This document shows, piece after piece, positions 13,380 to 31,138 of a stretch of 64,000 nucleotides of DNA. A program made the position numbers and the translations under genes. Below the pieces are notes generated by a model. It ran no database searches. It had not been told where the DNA came from and was given only the letters and a program-made list of their open reading frames with translations. The first letter of the stretch is position 1. The number at the start of each line of letters is the position of its first letter. Source of the stretch: Selaginella moellendorffii (taxonomy: Eukaryota; Plantae; Lycopodiophyta); the NCBI RefSeq assembly GCF_000143415.4, contig NW_003314261.1, positions 2,243,266-2,307,265 on the forward strand, in the 5' to 3' direction.

Positions 13380-13512
13380 TTTGAAATTCGGCAAAGACCT
13401 GGATGATCGTCGTCCAGGTCACAATTTTGCGATCGGCCATGGAATTGACGAAACTCCAGCATTCCTCCAGAGCCCTAGCTGGGCATAGCTGGGCATAGCT
13501 GGGCATAGCTGG
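13380..13512 (-). pseudogene. Small PPR-like fragment followed by a (TAGCTGGGCA) tandem repeat of about 3.7 units
   Basis: SMADRKIVTWTTIIQVFAE is PPR-like; 10-bp tandem units at 13476-13512. Confidence 0.5.
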
Positions 13513-14794
13513 CCGTCAGGAGGAGTAAGAATCCGGGACAGGAAGGTGAATCTGGCCTCCTCGACGCCCGCACTCGTGAAGACACTCTGGCCGCGGATTC
13601 CCTCGCGGAGGATGCGCTCATGGAGCTGCCGGCAGTCTCTGGAGCGAGCGCAGGATTTGATGAGCTCGATGAGCGGGAAATCCCATTTTCCTCCATGGGA
13701 AGATGCTCGGGTTCGAAGGAGTATTTTTCAAGACAGGAGTTTCTCTGGAAATTGGAGTTGTGGTCAATGGAAACCCCTGGTACGTCTTGCATCGATCAAG
13801 GCCTGCTAAATAGATCACTCACTTTTTTTCCATGGTTTTCGTGGGTTCCCATGCTAATTCTAATCACTCTCTCGAAGGGTCCTAGCGTAGTCCCTACTGC
13901 GCCACTCTGGTCGAAAGGGCGCTCAAATCTTTTCAACCATCTAGACAAATACTGTCGGCGAGGCTATTGTAATTCAACGCTGGAAGGTCGGCAATTGCTG
14001 CGAGAAATGATGGTGATTGGCTGAGTTCGCTCGTTTTCTCTGTTTTTCCAGCCTTTCTGACCGGTTCTTTGACTTTTTGTTGCAGCGATTGATCGAGGGA
14101 AGTTTCTGGTACTTGGCTACTAAACAATAGCAGGAAAGAAACCAGCAAATAGGCTGTAGAAAGTAGTCTTGGAATTCTTCCAATTGTGGAGGAGTTCCAC
14201 AGTCCATGTGGTTTTGAGGCGATGGAGCCCGTCGAGGTGATTGACGTGGTGGCGCTCATGGAGGGACTGGAAGAGCAAGACGAGAAAGCAGCGTGTGTAA
14301 CTGCCGGAAGGCTTCGCGGAGGCGAGGAGTGACCAGGACGAGAGCTCCTCTTTCTGCGAGGCATCATCACCGGCGCCGGAATCACTGTGGAAGTCTCTAC
14401 TTTTGTGCAGCGACGAATCTAAGCACAGGCTAGCCATCCAATGCGTGACTTCTTCCACTAGAGACGCACATCTCCTCTCCCATGATGGAGCAAATCCGCA
14501 ACGACGACTGGATCTCGTCATCACCATCCGAGCTCTGGAGCTCGATCAAAGAACCTCCAAAGGGACGGGCTCACGCTCCACTGGAAATAGGATTGCAACG
14601 CCGCCACGGCGATCTGCCGGAGCAAAGACGTCTCCACGATGGAGCCGGTGTGGGGCAATGGCTACAGTCGAGTTCCAGCGCTGTTCATCGATGGAAGGTA
14701 CGTCCCTCTCGAAACTATATAAGTTTCGATCCATCACAGTCAGGGAATTAATCCATCGCCGTCCTCGTTTGTTCTCTTTCTCGAGTACATTCCT

Positions 14795-15615
14795 GGGTAC
14801 GTAAATGTGAAAAAAAAAAAAAAAGTATCTGAGAATGGTGGGACAGAGATAATTGGTTTGCCTTGGACGAGTGATGCTAAAACAAACGTGCTGGACGAAG
14901 CCTTTGCATTAGTGGATAGTGTTAGATCGAAACGTTCTAATCTTAATTGATGGTATTTCTTTGTTTTTGTAAAAAACAAAGAGGCAAAAGGTCTTTTATA
15001 CCTTTTGCGCCAACTAAAAAAGTCCGTCAGCCACCTTTTTCATTTAAAAACCTTTTGCACAATTCACCGTACACTCCGTACAAATGCACCAAGCTCGTAC
15101 TTTAAGGAGAAGAAATGCTTGATTAATTTTTCAGGGGTGAGGAGAATTTTTATTTGGCATTCTCATCTAGCTTGCAGAACTTTTCTTTGTGTCCAAGCAA
15201 CAACATCTGCTACTATCTCGTGACATGGGCCTCCATGATCCCCAAGGAATAATCATGAATTAAAAAACAAGGGCCATCTTAGCAAGCTCTTGCATGATTC
15301 AAGCGGCAGAGGACACCGCCATGGCTTGCAAGGGAGCGAGCTTGGTGCATTTGTACGGAGTGTACGGTGAATTGTGCAAAAGGTTTTTAAATGAAAAAGG
15401 TGGCTGACGGACTTTTTAAGTTGGCGCAAAAGGTGGTATAGAAGACCTTTTGCCTCTTTGTTTTTTACAAAAACAAAGAAATACCATCAATTAAGACTAG
15501 AAGGTTTCGATCTAGCACTATCCACTGATGCAAAGGCTTCGTCCAGCAACAACCCAAGCTCTAGTTTTCACCATTCTCAGATACTTTCTTTCTTCACATT
15601 TATTGCTTATCCAGT
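14795..15615. repeat. Long inverted repeat (arms ~14795-15097 and 15337-~15615; 239-nt spacer), outer arms derived from ABCC NBD2 sequence
   Basis: GCACAATTCACCGTACACTCCGTACAAATGCACCAAGCTCG versus its reverse complement at 15337-15377. The ORF track shows the same MFFTKTKKYHQLRLE peptide on opposite strands (14740-14979 minus; 15458-15712 plus). Confidence 0.9.
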
Positions 15616-16000
15616 GCGTCCACCTTTTCTTCCTTGCCGCGCTCCGAGTTGGCATTTATCCAAGGCCTGTGGAAGCCTCATAAGCGCCTACAAGCATAAA
15701 GAAAAACACTAGTTCTAAGAAACTTACCTCCCAGATTTCTGGATCCGAAAACGGTCGATATTATAGCGCCTTCGAACAGCGTTGGATCCTGTGGAATAAC
15801 GCTGAGCTTGGATCAGATCATGCAACCCATCCATCCGTCGATCACGATCTTGGCTCCACAAGGAGGAACATGGGCTGGATGAGCGTGGATTTTCCACTGC
15901 CACCGGCCCACGACTCCAATCTTCTTGCCTCCGGAATACACAGCTTATGCCATGCAAAGGCCATGCACACACCAGCGGTGAGTTGGAGTTAAAGCGAACC
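15515..16000 (-). pseudogene. ABCC transporter NBD2 fragment, degenerate
   Basis: [17 protein letters not shown]-like and EIWE fragments collinear with 26620-27230 of the intact ABCC gene, with intron remnants. Confidence 0.85.
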
Positions 16001-16339
16001 TAGAAAAGCCTTTGTTGAAAAGGATATAAATGGGTTTGATCAAACATATACTTCTACTAACTGGGATAACTCAAATATTTACCTTTATTTCGCATCTCCT
16101 CTTTGTGAGGAAGTTTTTAGCTATAGCCCAAATTTTTGTGAAAGAAATCAGGCATCCAGAAAAAAAATCATGTAGTCAGAAAAAAATCCAGAAATGTAAG
16201 AGGGATTGAATTAATGTCAATTGACATTTATATTTCAAAAATTTCTCATTTTCCTGACCAGATCAGATTGTCTTACGGGATGGCCAAGTTAGGACGGAAC
16301 GCAATAATAATATCGCTTACTCCCTTCATCAAAGTTTTA

Positions 16340-17000
16340 TTATATGACAAGTACCCATATTGATCTTGGTAAAGCACTATGTCTTGTTCCTCCGTCCAGA
16401 AGATCCTCCATGATGATGATGATCTTTTGTCTGCCTACCCCAGCGACATGGAGACGATTCCCAAAAGTACAGTGGAGTTTCAATGTAACGAGAAGGATGA
16501 TAATAAGATCTCCAAGCCTTTGTCTTCGAATTATAATCCATGCCAAGCTTGTCAAACTTAACCACCACATGGTAAAGCCCTGACCTCGTAACTCTAATGA
16601 CGTATTCCCACGGCTTCTCCTTGACATCAATCCGGGGAAGAATTATCTACGCATTCGTCAGTGGATTTCCAACAGCTAAAGTCATGCCAGCCTGGTCCGA
16701 ATACCAATGGACAAGGAACCATGATTAAGCTCCCTGCCCCGATTGTTGACGAGAACGTCCAGTGAACGATACCAGAGCAAGCGGTGGCCGTGTTGTGGCA
16801 CAAACCATCGCTCCAAATCTCCAAACCGTGGATCTCTGGCAGTTTTGCGGGCCATAACTTCGCTCCGGGGAGTGTGCAAGGCAATGCCATTGCTTACAGA
16901 TGCGCGCGGCTCTGAGAAGGATATCTGCTGGCTTGAAGCAAGACAAGATTTCGAGCACTAGATCTTCGCCCAGAGCATAATCCAAATCTCCCGTACCCAC
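16340..17000 (-). pseudogene. F-box protein pseudogene (frameshifted)
   Basis: F-box motif LGEDLVLEILSCFKPADILLRAARICKQWHCLA; GTG in place of ATG; the reading frame shifts downstream. Confidence 0.7.
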
Positions 17001-17293
17001 AAAACCACCACTCTGGGTATTTTATAGGATGCGGAAAAAGAAAACCGACCGATAATCAAATATCCTAAAGTATATTCTCTTATGGCAAGTGTTGATACAG
17101 AGTTTACTGGTTTCCAATGAATTCGTGAGCGCTGTCGAATTTCATTGAAAGACCAGGATCTAGATAGATGCTAATCAAAAAACAAAAATGAAATCATCCA
17201 AGTTCGAGCCAAGTCAAACAATGCGACCTGAATAACTGCCAAAGCTATTTTGAATCTAATTGAATAATATTTTAAATTGAATTTAGGGTTTAT

Positions 17294-19470
17294 ATGGATG
17301 CATTGGTGGGAATGCGGGTGCGGCGGAGGAGCGGGCTCTTAGCTCGCGCATCCGATTCAACCAGGAAGAAATCCAGTTCAAACTCTCCGATTGCAGCCTC
17401 GCCAGCTCTTCCCGGGAGCGTCCACATTGAAGAGAGGATTGCTTCGAAAAATCTAGTGCACAGGTTCTTCTCTGAGATTCCTTTCTCCTTTTAGATTGAG
17501 ATCCGTGTTTGTAGCTTTTATTTGGATGAAAAATCATGGCACGAGATTGGAGGAGCAGCGGCCGCAACCAGGGATGAATCAGCCCGCTGGAGGTCGAATT
17601 TTTTCCTCCCGGCGGGCTTCCCAGGTTGGAAAAAAGTTCATAGAAGCCAATCAACGCTTGCTGTTTTTTGGAGTTTTTCTGAGAGCTTTGGTTTTCTCCA
17701 ATTTTCCGCAGGATCCGTTTCACAAGATTACTTGCAGTACATGCTATGGCAGCTTCCAACAAACATCACGGGTTGGATTTGCAGGGCTTTGATAACTTCA
17801 AGCCTTTTGCAAGTAAGTTTTTCTCGCACCGTACATTTAGTATAGTCGAATCTCACTTTCAGTTGTAAAGGCTGTAGGATTGAGCACAGAACCTGGATCA
17901 GCTGCTGCAGCGTCAGCAGCTATAAAGTGATCCATCGCAAAACTTCAAAAGAAAATAATGAAAAGGAGAGAAACCATGGTTAAAGTTTTGTGTTCCTTGC
18001 AGATGGGTTACCAAAGACGGGCTTGGAGCTGTAGGCCGGCTTTTTATTGGTTTGATCTTCTTTTTCCTCTTTTTCCTCATCTTTCATGTATTTTCAGGTG
18101 GTCGATTTGGAGGTGTCTTTGACGAGGATCCAAAACAGTGGCGTTTGTATGCGGAAGTTATTGGAAGTTTTGGCGGGTTAGCGCTGTTCATATTGTTTGA
18201 ATGTTTTCATTCGTTTTGTTTTCCCTTCTCTTTGCAGTCTATTTGAGCTCGCAACTCCTCTTGCTCCCGACTATTTCCTGCTGCTCGCTTCTTTGGGACA
18301 CTTAACTAAGGTAAGCGTCTAATTCATGCATAAATCGATCTAGATTTGCAAATGCACTTTTATGTTTTCAAGGCTGTTGCAAGAGGACTCAAGGATCCAT
18401 CTTTCCGAGTGATCCAAAACCACTTTGCAATCTCGGAAAATGTTGGAGATGTGGCTGCTAAGGTTGTGATTTATTCATGTTAGCCAATTTTTCTAAACTT
18501 GATATTCTTTCCAGGAAGAAGTATGGGAAGTCGCTGGCCAGCTTATTGGCCTTTCACTTGGTGTCGTGCTTCTTGTAAGTCTAGAATCCATTGGATGTGG
18601 ATTTACAAACGATTTATTTTGCAATAGTCGACACCCGTTGTTGCAACTTCGTATTCCCAGCTCGCACTATCCTGGATGATAATTCGCTCGTTTCATTTAT
18701 GGCTTCGATACCAAACACTTGCAGCTCTCGAACTCCCAACAGTAAGTCCCATTCAATTAAGCTTTCAGTGACACTAAGTTGCCCGGAAAACGTTTAGATG
18801 AACTTCAAGCGGCTAAATGTGTTGATAATGGAGCATATTCAAGGCCGCCCGCTATCAGGTAAATCTGACAATCTTTTCCTTTACCCTTCATATTCTTTGA
18901 AATAAACCAGGAGTTGGCGAGTGTAATAAGAAGGAAAATCTGATACTACCTTATACAATGCTAATGCCACAAATTCGACTGGGCTGTTCCTTAAGAGAAG
19001 TCATTACGCTTGGCAAAACTCCACTAGAGGTGAGAAACTTCCGGTTTTCTTGTGTCTCTTTTATTTGAGCTGTAAAGCTATTTTCTCAGATAGAAGAAGC
19101 ATTCGAGCTTTACAACTCAGAGAAATATGTTCTCATTGTGTTCTCCAAGTCCGACATGGGAATCCTTCTCAAGGTATTGTCACAATTCCTGTCCTCTTGT
19201 TCCTGTAATATAAAATTTCGTGTTTGTCAGGATGGATGCGAGAACACCACACTCTTAAGAAGCATCTATCAAGCTCATGTTCTCTTCCACTCCAAAAGCT
19301 TTGACACCTTCACTTTGAAGCAGAGCCTGACCAGCATGCAAAAGAGTTTTGCCTCGTTTCTCGACGAGCTCGTAGCTGCCGGATGGAATCCCAGCAAGCT
19401 AGTCGTCAAGGTTCCAAGTTTTTCGCCGACTTACACCCTCAAAGCAAACGTGGAAGAGAGACAACAATGA
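17294..19470 (+). CDS. RUS5: ROOT UVB SENSITIVE family (DUF647), RUS5-like; multi-exon
   Basis: FLPAGFPG-SVSQDYLQYMLWQLPTNITGWI, KDGLGAVGRLFIGGRFGGVFDEDPKQWRLYAE, AVARGLKDPSFRVIQNHFAISENVGDVAAKEEVWEVAGQLIG match the RUS5 subgroup. Many short GT-AG introns; TGA ends at 19470. Confidence 0.88.
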
Positions 19471-19534
19471 GACAAGGCTGGTATTTATCTTTTCTCTCGA
19501 GATCGAGCTCAATGAGCTCAAGCGAAGCATCTCA

Positions 19535-20662
19535 TCACACTGGCGCCCCGGAAGTTTTGAGCATCGACACCAAAATCTTTCGCGGGGTGTTCGGAGCAGC
19601 GGCATGTTTCTTGTGGAGCACCGAGTGATTGTTCAGCACAACAATGTCCCCGGCTTGCCACTCAACTGAGACTTGTTCTTCGTCCATGATCTTTAGAGCC
19701 GCTTCGACTGCTTTGGCTGGCAGCTTGCTTCCATCGCTAAACTCGAAATACTGGAACTGGGGAAACCACGGTTTGGCCGATCCAATACTGTTAAACCACA
19801 CCTTGTTGTTGCCGTGAACACCACTTTCGAGCTCTCTAATCCCTTTCCTCGTTCCTTTGCTCAGGATCTCTTTGACTCCTCCATCGTCGAGCCAGAGGAG
19901 CGTTCTCGATGAAATTTGCGCTCTAGAATTCGAAACATCATTGTAGAAACAGTTGGGATTTGCACTTACTTGGCTTCGGCCTCAGCTCTATCGTTGGTTT
20001 CGTAGACTCTTTTCCATGACTCCTCGCTACGTAAGTTGTAGTAAACGAGACCTTTGTTCTCGAGATCTTCCGTGAACTCCGGAAACTCTTTCTTGATCCT
20101 ATTGTATATGGCTTTGCCTTGGACGATCCCGGTGGCACCGCCGGCGCTTGGCGGTGGAGCAACCTCGCAGAAAAACACGACCAAGTCGGGATAATCCGCA
20201 AGCTGTGGCAAAGAAACAAGAAACAAGAAGTCTTAGAATGAAAAATGGGGAAAACCTTACGTAGCTCATTTCATTGTGAAATCCAAGCTCGGTTTCAGCG
20301 TCGAGGCCATTGTTTGTGTAGACAGGCCCGACAATGTGCTTCCTCCTCGCAGCTCCAGCTCTGTAACCCATGCTCTCATATCCAAACGCTTCCACCACTC
20401 GAGCAAATTCCTCCGCATTTGACACGCCGAATCCCCGGAACAAAATTGCGCCAGGGCTCCCAAAGAGTTGACCTTCCAGCCACAGTTTTTGCTTCTGGAT
20501 CCCAATTGCGAGATCATTGCCGAAGTCTCCACTGCAAGCTCCTGCACAAGCGCCCAAACACGGAGCATACAGATCGAGAAGGGATTGCAGGAACATACCA
20601 GGCGTAATTACAAGAGGGAAGGCGTCCGTGTTCTTGGGATTGAGAAGCTCCGCCATTGCCAT
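19535..20662 (-). CDS. TauD/clavaminate synthase-like Fe(II)/2-oxoglutarate dioxygenase; multi-exon
   Basis: FPLVITP, GAILFRGFGV, GFHNEMSY (HxE), VFFCEVAPP...GGAT, VWFNSI, WQAGDIVVLNNHSVLH...RKILVSM. Includes an in-frame intron at about 20543-20598. Confidence 0.88.
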
Positions 20663-20859
20663 GGCTAACCCACACGTTTTCAATGTTTTCGGTCACCTTT
20701 ATACATAAAGAAAACAAAATCATACTTTCCTCTTTTTACTGCATGATTAGATCGGAGTATCTTGGAAAACGCTTGAAGAAATACGACCTCCTCTTCTTCC
20801 CCGGCTCGTCGTATTTAGCTATGCGTCCTGGAACTTGAAAAAAAAAGAGAGTAACGTGT

Positions 20860-22100
20860 AGGGCTAGAACTTAGTCGCTGTCCATCACAGTAGGCAGCCT
20901 GTGAGCGATGGTGATAGAACTTTGTGGCGATGGTGGATGGATCATTCCATCGGTAGCACTGTCCACGGATGCGGTGGCCTCGTCTGGGTGCCAAAACACG
21001 GCTTTGTTTTAGCATCACTCGTCCAAGGCAAAACTGTCCCACGCTCCAATTCTCACCGTTCTCCCACACATCTCACATGTTTTCCACATTACCTTTTCTT
21101 CCTGCACGAAGTTCTAACAACGTGACCTTTTAGGAAATAGAAGATAGATAATCCGACACTAAAGAACAGCACATCTATTGAAAACAGCATGTTTTTCACA
21201 TTACCTTGTGAGTCCAGCTTCTTCCTGCACGAGGATGTCTCCTAACAACACGGCCTTTTAGGAAATAGAAGAATGACAGAACTTATCTCCCAGATTTCTG
21301 GATCTGATTACTGTCCGAGGGGGTCGAGATTATAGCGGATTGTGCCTTCTAATAGGGATGGATTCTCGTTCGCTGCTATTGACTCGGCAAAGTGATGTAT
21401 GACTGCAGCTTTTTGAATACCTTGAAGTCTACTGGCTGATGAAAGTTGTTCACCTGATCTAGCGAGATTTTTGTTTGTTCTTTTTCTCTAGTTGTAGGGT
21501 CTTTTTCCATGGGTGGGAGAAGTGTAAACAAAACTCTAGGGCCAAAAGAAGTGGTCAGAGGTATCTTCAGCACCACACAAGTCCCTAAGTTCGTCTCTCA
21601 TCGCCAATGACCTAATCACAACGGGAAGCCTGCTCGAACTTTCCCACTTATCGTTAAAAAAAATACTCGTAGGCGGCTGATGCTCTATTTTCCTGTGCAA
21701 CCTAGCAAATCTTCGGGCTCCAAAGTCCTCTTTCCTCAGATTCCCAGTTCTTGCGTACAGAGTAACGCTGTCTTCACCCTTGTCCGCTACCTGCGTGTCG
21801 TCTCCTTCTGCTGTCCAGAACTGTGATCCCTGTTCGTCCCCTGGCCGTGCAAAGAATCTGTGTTTAACCCTGGACGCAAGGAGATCATGCACAGATAGCA
21901 CAAACTTGGGAAGACCAGCAAACGAGGCAATCCACCACACCCAATGCAGCTGGTATAGGATAGCTCTCTTGTACGATGCAAAAGCGATATCGCTAGATTC
22001 TTGACAGAAGCCAGCAGCAACGAGGAAGAAACGCGACCAGGAAAGCACTCGCAGCGCTCAAAGCTAGCAGATAGACAGACAGCCTTGAACTGCTCGTCGG
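20860..22100 (-). pseudogene. Collapsed ABCC paralog, head-to-head with the intact ABCC gene
   Basis: Collinear remnants from N-terminus to NBD2: [68 protein letters not shown]. About 1.3 kb versus about 5 kb for the intact gene; contains a ~115-bp internal tandem duplication at 21076-21273. Confidence 0.85.
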
Positions 22101-22447
22101 GCGGGATCTTGCAAAGATACTCACAAGCCAGGAGCGTGGCACTCGGATTTCGGCGTCGAATCTCCAGCTCTACCGATGATTCGCGAATCTTAATCGTCAG
22201 GGCGTACTAGAGAACATTCTATAAAATTATTTAGTAGATCCGAATATGCGCGTCACGAGCGACGAAGGAGACCTTGACTGGCGAGAAAGTTTTTTCTTCG
22301 GAGGCAAGTTACAAAATGCTATATAATGCCGTTTCCTAGGGCTTTGTATCGCCACGACCGGCCTCTTTCTTCTCCCTGACGATTTCCCCAGGCGCTGCGG
22401 CAACGCATTTTTCTAGCGCCGACATCGCTCCATCCAAATCGGCAGCG

Positions 22448-27511
<5,064 letters not shown>

Positions 27512-29253
27512 ATCTATAAGAAGTTCTAAACTTAAAGCTCATCTAGAAACGTGCATCATAATGAGTGTGGAGCAGCGCATATGAGGTCTGAAAGAGTCCA
27601 AACAGTGGCAGCAATGCAATGAGAAGAGATCCAACTTTTAATGGCTGCGTACAAGGGAGGCTCAAGTGGGGCATTGAGGTCTTACCTTGGCTGCATTACA
27701 CCCCTAAGGAGACAAGTGCTTTTGGCTTTCACCCTATGTGTTCAAGCCTGAGCTCAAGTTTGAAATGGATTGAGTCTAAGTTTGAGATGGTGTGCAAGAG
27801 GAAGAGCCAACATCAAATTACTCCAACATAGAGTGTAGAGCTGAGCGCTTAAGATCTGACCTCAGCTGCCCTCCCCTATTATATTTCTACATACTTGCAC
27901 CTCCACCTCAAGCCCGAGACAATCCATGAGAGAGTTTGAAGTTAAACTCCGAGGACTTAATTTTTGTTCTTTAAATATAAATAAAAAACCAGAAATATCT
28001 AAAAGGGCACCAACTTTTTTCAACTTAATCTCACATATACAGCTATGGAAGACAATCTGGAGCTCTTGCTGTATGGGCTTGCAGAAAATTCTGCCCAGCA
28101 ACTATGGCTGCCACAGGCCTACGATGGTGCTCAGTTAAAACCTAACCTAAATAATGACAATTTCTTTATATATATATATTTCAGTTCTATATGTAAGGAT
28201 GGAATGAATTAATATGTGGAGGAAATTTTGAGTTTATAAGGTGAAGCATGGTTTGATAAGTGTAAAGTTCAAGTATTGGTGATTAGAACTGTATAAAGAG
28301 TGGACCTCCTGTTGTGAGCTAAAAACTTATTGCCAAGAACACACCACTCTTGCCTCATAAATTTTATTGGACACTGTGAACAAGAAAAGCTCCTGATCTT
28401 TCAATTGGAAACAAAAAATTTCATTATGCAATAAAAGGGCAACTAGAAAAGTGCCCTTCAAAGGATAACCTTTAAAAACTATGCTCTTCAGAAAAAATCC
28501 TGAGCCACCTAGCAAAAATTGGAGTTTGTTCTCTATATATAAAATGTGAACGAGTTTGCTCTTGAGATATAGTAACTTTTTCTCCTTTCTCTTAGAGTTC
28601 TCTTTCTTGGTTGCTATTTATTACACAGGAATCTTGCAACTTTACTGCTCACTCAAAATTCCATGTGCTTAATCACTCAAGCACAAGTACAACATGCTCA
28701 TTGAGCTTAGCCCATTCTTGATTTGGTTTAACAAGTATGGGCATGTGGTTATCTCTAAGCTCCATTGGATGGTGAAGCAAAAGGGAGAGGATCTACAAGC
28801 TTCAAATTTGCTATTGCCTACAAAGAAACTTGTGCCAATCTCAAAACCAGCCAATGCAAATGAAATTTATATTTATATAAAATTAAAACGCAAGAAATTA
28901 AGAAAATTTATAAATTATAAATTTTTTATTATCTATAAAGACAATAATAAAGTCTACTATGCCATGTACTATTTTAGCATAATAGGATTTTGGTAGCTAT
29001 TAAATCTTGTCAATGCCCACCATTTTTTTCTTGAAACCTAAATGTGTGAGCTGTTCTCTCTTGTATATAAGCTAGGGTCTTTAAGTTAATTGAATATACA
29101 CATTTCTATATTCCATGCACTCATATTGGGGAAGGTGAGGGAAAATTTTAATTGTCCCTGAAAAGTGCTTGGTTTTATGTTTTTTTTTTAACTCTAGTTT
29201 TTGCATCATTTAGATCTTTTTTATTTTTGTAATTTTTTCCATTTCTTCTCTTT

Positions 29254-29339
29254 TTTTTTTCTTTTCATTCATTTGTAACAACCTCCTCCTCCTTTGAGTC
29301 AAAGGAGGAGGCTATTACAAACGAATGAAAAGAAAAAAA
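29254..29339. repeat. Near-perfect fold-back palindrome (about 40-bp arms, 1-nt centre)
   Basis: TTTTCTTTTCATTCATTTGTAACAACCTCCTCCTCCTTTGA-G-TCAAAGGAGGAGGCTATTACAAACGAATGAAAAGAAAA. Confidence 0.85.
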
Positions 29340-29399
29340 TTAAACATTTGCTTAAAGGTGCAATTCCTCTTGTTAAGTCAAAAGTATGGTGTAGTTCCT

Positions 29400-31138
29400 T
29401 TTGTTCTTGCTGCCAATCCTCATGTTTAATTGTAATTTTTCCATGAAAATCTTGGAAATGATGTACATTAATGGTTTAATCACTTTACAATGATTGCCAT
29501 ATACATATGGGAAACTTGTGCAAATACCAAACATTATCCCTAAAATGATGGCATTGTAATGGTACAATGGCTTGAGTATAGCCACTTGTGCGGACTAGAG
29601 CATTCTCCCAAACATCTTTGAATGTGCATTTAGACATGTTAACAATTGTGATGAAATTTTATAACAATTACATCACCTTTGTCAAGGGTTATTTGAGTCA
29701 ATTATGCAATTTAGTGTTTATTCTTGAAGCCTCTTATTTTATGCAAAACCAAATATGTCAAAGCAGATTAAGTTAAGAATGTCAAGATCTTATAAGACCT
29801 GTGCATGCACTTGCCCCAGTTCCTTTAACAACATTTTTCGACTGGCATAAAGTTACAAGATATCACCTCTCCCACTTGTCGCTACACATACTTTAATTCC
29901 ACTTCTTGTAGGAGATGATCGAATACTAATGTTTAAAGACAAAGATGAGGACATAGTTATGGCCATGATATTTATTATTAGGCATGTGATAAAGTTGGCC
30001 ACATGTATTGGCATTATCAGTGTTTTCTAGATTAATGTCCTCCATTTCCTAAGTGGAGGCTTTAGTGTAAATAATGTCATGTTAATACTATTGCAATGGA
30101 AAGTATTGACATAAAGATTCTTTCGGAAATGAGAAGTTATGCAAGTAGTGGAAGGTTTTTGCATAAATAAGTTAATAACCTCTCTACCTTTCTTTTGGGA
30201 GTACCATTAAAGGGTTCATTTGACACTAGTTCATCTAATATTTACTTCTAGATTTATTTTTATAACAAGAGGTCATTTGTTATCTTTTTTGTGTTGGTGG
30301 ATACAAATTTAAGTTTATCTTGTATTACTCGGCTTGTTGCTATATATTGTCTCAATCTATTGCCACACATCTAGAACTGTGTTGGTGCAATATAACTAGT
30401 CTTTATTCTCTATACCAAAGGTGGATATCCTAGATGTGTACCCTTTTCTTCACACTACTAATTTTCTAGATTTTCTGGGGAGATTATACATATGTGTGTG
30501 TTTGGGATGAGACAAATTTAGCTGTGCATATCAATGATCTTAAACTTGAGCTTCAATTGTTATGGGTGGTGCTAAGTAAATTTTTTGACTTTATCATTAA
30601 TATGGATTGATTGTAATGCAATCATGCCAAATATGATTTTGAGGTTTCTCCCTCTTATTTTATTATTCCTCACTTTTATTCCACTTTGGTTTTTTTTTAA
30701 CCTTTATTTCTATCACTTTTGTCTTTCTATTACTTCTTATTGTGTTTCCTTTTTGCTTTTCTATTTCTATCACTTTTATCTCTCCATTACTATTAACCCC
30801 AAATATCCTAAAACCCTTAACCGATTGAAAAATAAGGTGCATTTTTGTTCATGAGCCCTTTTCTTCTATATTTGAACCTTATGGATTGTTTTTCAAGTTA
30901 TTTTCTTTGGTTGCTTATAATCCACTATGCTTCCCTACAAATTCACACCCTCGTGAATGAAAATTGAGAGCCCCACTCTCTTGACACCCTACCCTCAGGT
31001 TAAATCTAAGGGGAGCAAACTAGACCTACCAGATGTCAATTAATATGTGGTGTGATTCCCTTAGCCAATCAATAGAGTCGGACCAAGACCCCTCTGATAC
31101 CAAATGTAAACTCCTAAATTTGGTCTTCCCAAGAGAAG
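29400..31138 (-). mobile_element. Old LTR retrotransposon remnant: tRNA-iMet PBS (about 31091-31101) next to an LTR end at 31104; internal region degenerate
   Basis: The minus strand reads ...TTTACA-TT-TGGTATCAGAGG. The LTR end TGTAA...AAATTT resembles the other LTR ends in the window. No readable domains to the left. Confidence 0.5.

Noticed and set aside
13530-14790. GC-rich ORF fragments that might form a gene
   Set aside because: No consistent frame or identifiable domain; probably decayed gene pieces.
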